This document shows, piece after piece, positions 20,560 through 31,900 of a stretch of 64,000 nt of DNA (position 1 is its first letter; each line of letters opens with the position of its first letter). Under the pieces are notes generated by a model. It searched no databases. It worked only from the letters and a program-made list of their open reading frames with translations, and was not told where the DNA came from. This stretch comes from an uncultured delta proteobacterium (GTDB taxonomy: Bacteria; Desulfobacterota; Binatia; UBA9968). Where the stretch lies: the NCBI GenBank assembly GCA_963728565.1, contig CAVSLC010000025.1, forward strand, positions 1 through 64,000, read 5' to 3'. Both the position numbers and the translations under genes were made by a program.

Positions 20560-23500
20560 GTGTCTGCGCATCAAAAGTCCTTCGTTTCGTTCAGCAGAGC
20601 TGAGGTGGAACAAACGGTCCCTCAACGCTTTAAACAACAGGCGGACAAATACCCCAATAATATTGCCATCAAGACCCGACGTGATCAGCTCACTTACTCC
20701 GAGTTGAATCGTTCTGCGAACCGGCTAGCTCAGGCGATAGGACAAAGATCCTACAATAACAACCCTGTCGCCCTTCTTTTAGCACACGATGCACCTGCCA
20801 TCGTCGCGATACTCGGAGTATTGAAAGCAGGAAAGTGCTTTGTTCCGATTGACCTGTCTCTTCCTCGCGCTCGCATTCAGTACATTCTAGATGACTCGGA
20901 AGCAACGCTGGTTGTAGCAAACAGCGAAGCTTTGCTTCTTGCTCAGGATGTGGATGGTGGCTCTCGTAGTCTGCTTAATTTGGATCAGCTGGACACATCG
21001 GTGTCGGCTGAGGACCCGCTAACGCCCGGCGCGGCGGACAACGTCAGCTGTATTCTTTATACGTCTGGTTCCACCGGGCTGCCTAAAGGCGTGCTCCACA
21101 CTCACCGCAACGAACTCCATAACGCAATGCATCACACCAATAGCCTGCACCTCAGTGAGCAGGACCGGCTTACTCTCTTTGGCTCCTACAGCACTGGTCA
21201 GGGCATACAAGACATTCACTGTGCATTGATGAACGGAGCAACGCTGTGTCCGTGGAATCTTAAGTCGGATGGGTTCAGTGGCCTTTCTGATTGGTTAATT
21301 CAGGAACGGATTACCATCTATCACTCCGCCGCGACCGTTTTTCGTCACTTCATTCGCAATCTAAGCGGACGCGAAGAATTTTCGGATCTTCGAATTGTAA
21401 GGTTAGGTAGTGAGCGGGTTACTTCGAAGGATGTGGAAACCTATAAACGGCACTTTTCAAAAGAATGTGTCTTCGTAAATGCACTGTCCAGCTCAGAGAC
21501 TAAAACGATTCGACAGCACGTTATCAATAAAGACACACAAACATTCGGAATCGTTCCTGTGGGTTACCCTGTCGAGGACATGGATGTTTTTGTCGTTGAT
21601 GAGAATGGTCGTCAGTTAGGCCCTAACCAAACTGGTGAAATTGTTGTTCGTAGTGGATACATCTCTCCAGGATACTGGAAGAAGCCGGATCTTACGAGTG
21701 CCGCCTTTTTGCCCAACGGTAGCGATCCCGACATGCGGATTTTTAGAACGGGAGAGTGGGGTAGGATCGCTTCTGATGGTTGTCTCGAACATCTCGGACG
21801 AAAAGATGCTCAGATAAAAATCCGCGGTTATCGGGTCGAAACCTATGAGACGGAGTCGGCACTGCTAAAACATCCGGCGGTAGATCAAGTTCTTGTTATG
21901 TCCCGGGAAAATCCGACAGGAGACAAATTCCTTGTAGCCTATATCGTTACTGACCCGGCATCGAGTCCTACAGTCAGCATGCTGCGAAAATTCCTCGAAC
22001 AACGAATACCAAACTATATGGTGCCGTCCGCTTTTGTTTTTCTAGAATCTTTACCGTTCACACCAAACGGCAAGGTTGATCGTACCGCGTTGCCCGAGCC
22101 TACCGCAGCACGTCCAGTGCTCGAGACGCCGTTTGTTATTCCTCGGGATGACCAAGAGCAGGTCCTCGCAGACATATGGAGCGAGATACTAGGGATTAAC
22201 GAGTTAGGAGTGCACGATAACTTTTTCGATCTCGGTGGAACGTCCATCTTGGCAATGCAACTTGTTTTTCGTCTCGAAAGGATCTTCGGAGCGAATCTGT
22301 CGTTGCAGGAATTTCTCGAATCACCAACCATTGATGACTTGAGCCGAAGTATCTCAGCTAATCGTGGGTCGCAACAAGTTTTGAAACGGTTGGCGTTAGA
22401 GCCCTCAGAACGAACTGATAATCTCCCACTGTCATTTTCTCAGCAGCGATTATGGTTTTTGGACCAGTGGGAACCAGGCAATGCGGTTTATAATATTTGC
22501 CGGGCTCACCATTTGAGCGGCCACGTGGACGTCACAGCGCTCCAGCAAGGTATTGATGCAATCGTACAGCGCCACGAAGTTCTCCGTACGATATTCCCAG
22601 CTAGGAACGGGCACCCGACGCAGTTCATTTTGCCCGACTTGACTTGCTGGCTATCAGTCATTGATCTAGCAGACCTGCCCTCAGAAACGCGACATAAGCA
22701 AAGCTCCCAGCTAATTACCAAAGAAGCGAGCAGCGCGTTTGATCTTTCTCAAGGACCATTACTAAGAGCGACATTGGTGCGTTTGGCCGAAGAAGAGCAC
22801 CTGTTTATCTTTACCATTCACCAGATTGTCTGTGACGGTTGGTCGGTTCATGTGTTCTATCGTGACTTCTGGGCCCTCTATGAGGCTTTTTGTGAGAAGC
22901 GCGAGGCAACCCTTCCGGTTCTGACGTATCAATTCGCCGACTTGGCGCTGTGGCAGCACCAATTAATCAAGGGAGAGTTATTAAGCTCGCAGCTTTCTTT
23001 TTGGAAAGATCAGCTCGGAGATGCTTTGTCAGTTCTAAATCTTCCGACCGATCGGTGTCCGCCAAAGCTGCAGAGTTTTCGTGGAGCGCGGCACGTGGTG
23101 AGATACTCAGAGTTCTTAACGGACGCGCTCAAAAAATTGAGCAGAGGTGAATCGGTCACTCTCTTTATGACATTGATGGCAGCATATCAGACGCTGCTCT
23201 ACCGATACACGGAACAAGAGGATGTAGTTGTCGGTTTTCCAATTGCAAATCGTAATTCGCACGAGGCTAAGGATGTGATGGGTTTTTTTGTCAATACCTT
23301 GGTTGCGCGTACCGATCTAACAGGAAACCCTCGATTTACCGAGCTTCTTGCCCGAGTCCGGGATGTTTGCGTGGCGGCGTATAGTAATCAGGATCTTCCC
23401 TTCGAAAGACTCGTAGAGGAGTTACATCCGCAAAGGGACGGAAGTCGTAATCCGCTGTTCCAGGTCATGTTCACGTTTCAAAGTCCGGATCCAACCCGCT

Positions 23501-26500
23501 TCGAAGGGCGAAGTATGAAAGCGGAAGCTTTGGAAGTGGACGGCGGAACATCCAAGTTTGATCTAATGCTTTCTCTAACGAACAGGGGTAAAGACCTAAT
23601 CGGATATTTCGAATACAGCACGGATCTGTTCGACGGCTTAACGATTGAGAGGATGGCTGGAAATTTTCAAACATTGCTCGAAGGGATTGTCGCAGATTCG
23701 GATAAGCGCTTATCGGATCTGCCGCTGTTAACCGGAACCGAAAGATATCAGCTTCTGACAGAATGGAATACCACTCAATTCTACTACCCCGAAGATCAAT
23801 GCATTCATCAGCTGTTCGAAGCCCAAGCGAATCGAACCCCTGAGGCGATCGCTTTGTCGTTTGCGGACAAAGAAATCAGCTACGGAGAACTAAACAAACG
23901 CGCTAATCAGTTGGCGCATTATTTAATCGAGTTGGGAGTTGGGCCTGGGACGTTGGTCGGAGTTTGTTTAGAGCGATCATTGGATTTGATTGTTGGGCTA
24001 TTGGGAATACTTAAAGCTGGGGGTGCCTATGTCCCGCTGGATCCATTGTTTCCTAAAGAACGTCTCGCCTTCATGCTGCAACACGCCCAGGTTTCTATAT
24101 TGCTGAGCGAGAATAAATTGCACGAATCATTGTCCGTGTTGTCTTCCTCAGTTCGGGTTGTTCGTTTGGATAGAGACTGGAAAGAGATCGCTGAACAACG
24201 AGACGACCATCCGTCAACCGAAGTTCATTCTGATAACCTGGCCTATGCTATTTACACTTCCGGGTCGACGGGCAGGCCGAAAGCAGTTCAAGTCTCACAC
24301 CGATCCGTCGTCAACTCCTTGTATTCTATTCGTCACACGGTTGGATTTACTGAAGATGATATTTTTCTTGCTCTTGCCACGATTTCGTTCGATATTGCCG
24401 CGCTTAGAACTTTATCTTGCCGTTATTGATCGGGGCCCGGGTTGTGCTCGCCAATCGAGAAGAAGTTTGGACGGGAGGGAGTTGGCGACAGATGATAGGG
24501 TCGTCGGGGGTGACGGTGATGCAAGCAACACCGTCGACCTTGAGGCTTTTGCTTGAAGCGGATGGCGAGGCCGTGAAGAGTTCAAGATTCTCTTGTGGTG
24601 GCGAAGTTCTATCTCCGGCGACTGGCCGATCAGTTGCTCGATGGTGGCGCCTCGTTATGGAATCTCTATGGTCCGACTGAGACTACCATTTGGTCCACTC
24701 TGCTAAAGGTTGAACCTGGAGAAGATCCGGTGCCGATTGGACGGCCCATCGGGAACACCCAAATATATGTCTTGGATTCCTACTTGCAGCCAGTGCCGGT
24801 GGGAGTACACGGCGAGCTTTATATCGGCGGTGATGGTGTGGCGCGAGGCTATATGAACCAGCCGGAGCTAACCGCGGAGAAATTCGTACCAGATATTTTC
24901 AGTGATCAAACGGGATGCACGTCTCTACCGCACGGGAGATCGCGCTCGTTACCGGCCAAACGGAAACATCGAATTCCTTGGTCGCGTCGATAACCAGGTT
25001 AAGATCCGTGGCCACAGAATCGAGTTAGGCGAAATTGAGTTTGTGCTCAATCAGCATCCTGCGGTGAAAGAATCCGTCGTTGTATGTCATGAAGGTGAAA
25101 CGTGCGAGGAAAAGGAGTTTGTAGCCTACATCGCTCCAAATCGCGACTCAGTGTTTTCGGTGAATGATCTGAGGATATTTGCTTGTCAAAAGCTGCCCGG
25201 CTACATGATTCCTCCTACGTTTGTAATTTTGGAGGCCTTACCGCTAACGCCTAACGGCAAGATCGACCGCAAATCACTGCCGCCGCCGGACGGCGACAGA
25301 CCGCTACTAGACCAAGCTTTTACTGAACCGCGTACGGAGATTGAGGAGTTAGTCGCGCAAGTGTGGCGTGAAGTGCTGAAGCGCGACAAGATTGGTGTTT
25401 ACGATAATTTCTTCGATTTGGGCGGACACTCACTGCTCGCGATACGCGTGGTTGTACGTTTAAGGAGCGCTTTCCAGATCGATCTCGCGTTGCGTAAACT
25501 GTTCGAGCGGTCCACCGTCGCGGGTCTCGCGGAGCATATCGAAACCTTACGCCGCAGCGCCGCGGGGACGTTCATCCCGCCGCTTGTGGCCATTGCTCGA
25601 AATCGTTCGCTGCCGTTGTCTTTCTCCCAGCGTCGCCTCTGGTACTTGCAAAAAGTTGATTCAAATCTGAGTGCGTACAATATCCCGGCGGCGTTCCGTA
25701 TTCGAGGCGATCTCAATCATGCGGCTTTGGAGCAAGCGCTCAATGACGTGCTCGGACGTCATGAGGTACTGCGCAGCTACACTAAAGAAATCGACGGACA
25801 ACCGAGTCAGGAATACGTACCTGGCATACGTATTTCGCTGCCGATGATCGACCTGACCGATCTCCCTAGGGAAGAAGCGGAAGCCGAGGCGAATCGCCGA
25901 TGCGACGCTGACGCACACCAACTTTATGATCTGGGAATCGCCCCCTTGATCCGCGCAGCGCTCCTCAAGCTGGCCACAGGTGAGCATGTATTGATGCTCA
26001 ATTTTCATCACATCATCGTCGACGGCTCGTCGCTGGCGATTTTCTACCGCGAGCTCGGGCTCTTCTACGAAGCTACCTGCGAAGGTAGGAAAGCTTCTCT
26101 GTCACCACTTCCAGTTCAGTACTCTGACTTCGCAGCCTGGCAACAGGAGTGGCTCAAGTCCGAGGCCTTCGACATCCAAATCGCCTACTGGAAACGTCAG
26201 CTCGCCGATTTGCCGCGAGCGTTCGAATTGCCAAACGCTTTCGACCGTCCGGAGCTGCTTTCCCATTGCGGTGCTCGAGTGTGCCGACAGTTGTCCGACG
26301 CCTTAACCGCCGCGCTAAAAACTTTTAGTCGGCAATACGGCGCAACGACGTTCATGGCGCTCTTCGCGGCCTTCAATGCCTTACTGTCGCGCCTCACCTG
26401 TCGTGAAGACATCATCGTCGGGTCGACGATCGCCGGGCGTAATCGTCCCGAAACTGAAGGCCTGATCGGTTTTTTTATCAATGCCCTACCACTTCGCACT

Positions 26501-28903
26501 GACCTTTCCGGTGATCCGAGTTTCAAAGTGCTGCTTGAGCGTGTCCGCGAGACTTGTCTCGACGCCTATACCCATCAGGACATGCCATTCGAAAAAATTG
26601 TCGAAGAGCTGCGGCCGTCCCGAGATCCGGGGCACAATCCGATTTTTGACATCCTCTTCAATGTTGCCGATCGCTCCGAGCGCACTCTGACGTTGACTGG
26701 CTGCCAAGTGAGCAAGCTTGCGCAATCAAATCCGGACGCAAAATTCGACCTGGTGATTCACGCACCGGACGTCGACGGTAAGATCGAACTGGCCATTGTC
26801 TACAATACCGCGCTATTCCGCGAAGTTCGCATGGCGCTCTTGTTGGAGCAATGGGCAAATCTTTTAGCTCAAGCAGTGAGCAGCCCTGAGCTGCCCATCA
26901 GCCGGCTGTCCCTGATCACAGAAAATTCGAAAGTATTGCTGCCCGATCCCACTGCAACGCTCGACGGCAAGTGGGAAGGCGCCATTCATGAGATTTTGGC
27001 GCAGCATGCTCGGCGGTCACCGGACGAATTGGCGCTGGTCGATCCGAATCAAAGCTGGAGTTATCGCGACCTTGATAAGGGCGCCGATCGTCTTGCTAAC
27101 GCACTCATAGCCGCGGGAATCAAACCGAAAGATCGGATCGCAATTTACGCTGAGCGAAATTCATCTCTTGTCGTCGCGATATTCGGCATTCTCAAAGTGG
27201 GTGCAGCATTTCTTATCCTGGACCCCGCCTACCCGCAGGCGCGAACGATTGAGTACCTCCGCGCTGTGCAGCCGAAAGGATGGCTACAGCTCAGCAGCAT
27301 CGGCGAGTACGATGAACTGGCGAGCTATCTCGATGCACTAGATTTGCGTTGCCGCATAAAAATTCCGCATGCGAAGGGCGAATTGCTGCAAAACTTGGTG
27401 TCGTTCTCGGATAGCGTGCCGAGCGCTCGAGTTGGTGCCGATGATCCCGCCTACATCGCGTTCACTTCCGGCTCTACGGGGGAGCCAAAGGCCGTGCTCT
27501 GTCGCCACGGGCCCATAACTCACTTTCTGCCGTGGCAGAAGGAAGCCTTCGGGTTCACAGAGAACGATCGGTTTGCCATGCTCTCCGGACTGGCCTATAG
27601 CCATTTGCACCGGGATATTTTTACCCCTATACAACTGGGGGCGACGATTTTCATTCCGAGTTCCTCACAAGCGCGCTCACCCAATGAGCTCGCATATTGG
27701 CTCCAGCGGAATGCCATCACGGTTCTCCATCTCACGCCGGCACTCGGGCAATTATTAATGACCGGCGCGAACATGCCGCTTCCAGCAGTGCGCCGGGTGT
27801 TTTTTGGTGGCGACGTTCTGACGATGGGAATCGTTGCGCAAACGTGTGAGTTGGCGCCAAATGCAGTTATTGGAAGCTTCTATGGATCAACGGAGACCCA
27901 ACGTGCCGTGGGCTATTATGAGATCACGAATGATCCGAAGATTCGATCGAGTAACGCGGTTCCGCTCGGCAAGGGAATTCGAGACGTACAGCTCCTGGTG
28001 CTCAGCAAGAGCGGACAATTAGCCGGTGTGGGCGAGCTCGGCGAAATATTCGTGCGCAGCCCTCATCTGGCCACAGGCTACATCAGCGACGACGCACTGA
28101 CGCAGCGTATGTTCATAATCAGTCCGTTCACCAATGATCCGGCGGACCGCCTGTACCGAACTGGCGAACTAGGTCGATACATGCTGGACGGCAACGTCGA
28201 ATGGGCCGGCCGCAACGACCGGCGTGTGAACATCCGCGGTTTCCGGGTTGAGTTAGAAGAGATCGAATCGCTTCTTAACAGCCATCCGGCAGTCAAAAAC
28301 GCCGCGGTGGTACTGCAAGCATTTGACGAGAAATTCTACAGAACGCCAGAATCGGGAGGGTCCGATTTCGACGAACGAAAATCGAAAATTGAAAATCCAA
28401 AATCTGACAGCCGTTTAATGGCATACATTGCCACCGATGAAGAGTCACAAAGCCTCGAAAACCAGCTGCGTTCGTATTTGAGCGCACGGCTGCCCGACTA
28501 CATGGTACCCGCTCATTTAATAATATTGAGCTCGCTGCCGCTAAGCTCTAACGGCAAAATCGATTATCGAGCGCTGCCACCGATACGATTTTCGGTCGCC
28601 CCGACATCTATAGAGCCGCGCAACGCAATTGAAGCGAAGCTCCAAGCGATCTTCACCGAGGTGCTTGGACGATCGGACATCGGTATTGATGATAATTTCT
28701 TCCGCCTCGGCGGACATTCATTGCTTGCAGCACGCGCCGCCGTCCGGATTACCGATGCCTTCGGGGGGCTCAGCCTGGGACTTTCGGCTTTCCTGGAGAC
28801 TCCAACCGTAAAGGGGTTGGCATTAAAAATGGCTTCAGCACTCTCTGCTGGACAAAGAAGCACGCACTCGGATAAAGACGGGCGCGAGGAGTTTGATTTA
28901 TAA
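20560..28903 (+). CDS. NRPS 1 (A-T-C-A-T-C-A-T), interrupted by a cluster of indels at about 24400-24620 and about 24910
   Basis: Three A domains (YTSGSTG), three GG[T/H]S PCP motifs, two C domains; A2 continues across ORFs 20560..24429, 24417..24680, 24595..24993 and 24902..28903. Confidence 0.88.
28378..28405. repeat. Heptamer tandem repeat, in frame inside the NRPS A3 domain
   Basis: AAAATCG AAAATTG AAAATCC AAAATCT encodes KSKIENPKS. Confidence 0.7.
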
Positions 28904-31900
28904 ACTCAGACGAGTTTGTCGCATATCTTGAGGAGCTGGGAGTTCGGCTTAGTGCCGAAGGCGAACGTCTCCACGTAAATGCGCTCAGGGGGAAACTGCC
29001 CAACGACGTGCGCGCCCAGATCGCCGAACAGAAAGCGGGGATCCTTGCATTTCTGCGCAGGCGACGCTCCAATCGAGTCACCGCACCACCCGTCAAACCT
29101 CGCTCAACTGCTGATCCAGCCCCTTTATCGTTTGCTCAGGAACGGCTCTGGTTCTTAGACCAACTCGACCCGGGACGTGCCGTTTACAATATCTGCCGGG
29201 CATCGCGTCTGCTCGGAACTCTAAACACCCCCGTTCTACAAACCAGTCTCAACGCCGCCGTCAATCGACATGAAACCCTGAGAACCGCCTTCAGACTAAT
29301 CGATGGCCAGCCGAAACAAGTCGTTCAGCCCAGCCGGACCATTTCCCTCGAAACTGTCGACCTAAGCACCGTGCAAGAAAGCGAGCGCGCCGCGAATATC
29401 CAGCGCGAAATCGAATCGCAAGCCCTACGTTCTTTCGATCTCCAGTCCGGCGCAATGCTGAGATGCGTGTTGCTGCGGGTTGGTGAACAAGAACATATCC
29501 TCATCTTGGCGACCCACCATAGCGCCGCCGATGCCTGGTCGCTGGGGACCCTGACGCGGGAGTTGTGGACACTTTATGATGCATTCTCCAATGGCAGGCC
29601 ATACGCCTTAGAGCCGCTCGCCGTGCAGTACTCGGACTACGCGGTTTGGCAACGTGAGTGGTTGACAGGGGATGTGCTCGAATTGCAGCTGGGCTATTGG
29701 AAGAAACGCCTCAAGGATGTTTCGGTTCTCAATCTGCCGACGGATCGGCCGAGAAGGCCGCGTCAGAGTTTTCACGGCTCGCGGCTGACCATCGAGTTGC
29801 CGGACGACCTGACAAGCGCCGTGAACGAAATGAGCCATCGCTTTGCGGTGACGCCCTTCATGATCTTGCTCGCGGCGTTTCAGGTGTTGCTCTACCGTTA
29901 CACGGGACAGGAAGATGTCGTAGTTGGCTCCCCGATTGCCAATCGCTGCCGCACGGAACTTGAGGGGTTGATGGGATTCTTCGTCAACACGCTGGTCTTG
30001 CGCGCCGACCTCTCTGGAAACCTCTCGTTCAGCGAATTTCTGTCACGGGTGAGAGACACTTGTGTTGGCGCCGATGCCAATCAAGACTTGCCTTTCGAAA
30101 AGCTAGTTCAGGAACTGCAACCCGAACGCGACCAAAGCCGCAATCCGCTGTTCCAAGTCATGTTCGTTTTGCAAAATGCGACGCGCCCGTTTACCGGCAT
30201 TCCGGGGCTACGAATCGAGCCACTGGAAGTCGCTACCACCCGCTCACCATTCGATCTGTCGCTGTTCCTGCGTGAGCGCGACCGTAAGTATGTCGGCAAT
30301 ATCGAATACAGCACCGACCTGTTTGATCACGACCGAATCGAGAGAATGGCTGGTCATTTTCAGATTTTATTGGAGGCGATCGTCAAAGAGCCCGACCAAT
30401 CAATCGCGAAATTGCCGATACTCACCGAGGCAGAGCGGCATCGAATTTTGGTCGAATGGAACGACACCGCGGCCGATTATCCCAAAGACAAGTGCATCCA
30501 CCAGCTATTCGAAGCGCAAGTCGAGCGTACACCGGAAGGCATCGCAGTGGAATTTGAAGACCAGCAGATCACTTACCGGGAGCTCAATCGGCGAGCGAAC
30601 CAGCTCGCGCATTACTTACTGACACTTGCGGTCGGGCCGGAGAAGTTGGTCGGCATCTGCGTGGAGCGGTCCATTGAGATGGTGGTCGGATTGTTAGGGA
30701 TTCTCAAAGCAGGCAGCGCCTATGTGCCGTTAGATCCGGCTTATCCTAAAGAGCGTCTCCGTTTCATGTTGAAAGATGCAAACATCTCAGTGTTAGTGAC
30801 ACAGGAAAAGCTCTTAGAAAGTACTCAAAATTTAACGCACCGCACTCGGCACTTCGATGTCTGTCTCGATCGTGACTTACCGATGATCGAGCAGCAAAGG
30901 AGTGAGAACCCAGTAGCCCTAATTGACTCTCACAATCTCGCTTATGTGATTTACACCTCAGGTTCGATGGGGCAACCCAAAGGCATTGCCATTGAACATC
31001 AAAACACCGTCGCGCTACTCAACTGGGCAAAGGAGGTGTTTTTACCAGTAGAAATTGCCGGTGTGCTGGCTTCGACATCAATTTGTTTCGATCTATCCGT
31101 CTTCGAGTTGTTGGTACCATTGAGTCAAGGCGGCAAGATTGTTCTCGTTGAGAATGTATTGTTCTTGCACGAAGCAGCAAGCAACGGAATCACGTTGGTA
31201 AACACAGTCCCTTCCGCGATGGCAGCCTTGCTGGCTGCCGGAGCATTGCCCGCTTCAGTTCGGGTCGTAAACCTAGCGGGTGAGCCACTCCGATCAGAGC
31301 TGGTGAATCAACTTTATCAAACCGGTACGGTCAAAAAGGTGTACGACTTATACGGTCCCTCGGAAACAACAACCTACTCGACATTCACACGCCGAACTGC
31401 TATCGGCCCGGCTACAATCGGCCGGCCGATAGCAAATACGCGTGTGTACTTACTGGACTCACACTTGCAGCCGGTCCCCGTCGGTGTGCCGGGTGAGCTT
31501 TGCATCGGTGGAGCAGGCGTAGCTCGTGGTTACTTGCATCGCCCCGAATTGAGCGCGGCCAAATTCATTACCGATCCCTTTAGCAAAGATCCCAACGCGC
31601 GCATTTACCGCACCGGAGACCTCGCGCGCTACCTACCGGACGGCAACATCGAATTCCTCGGCCGCACAGACAATCAGGTAAAAATCCGTGGATACCGCGT
31701 CGAGCTTGGCGAAATTGAAAGCGTACTCAACCAGCATCCAGTCGTGACAGAGTCCGTAGTCGTTGCGTCTTCATTTCCTACCCCTAGACAGGGGAGGATT
31801 AAGGTGGAGGTGGCACTCCCGACAAACAGCATGCGAGAAGAGACACCCCTATCCCAACCGTACCCCGTCGAGGGGGAAGGAGTTTCGGAATCGAATCGCA

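Noticed and set aside
24417-24993. Small ORFs as separate NRPS accessory genes or programmed frameshifting
   Set aside because: They are consecutive pieces of one A domain, and there are too many indels for recoding
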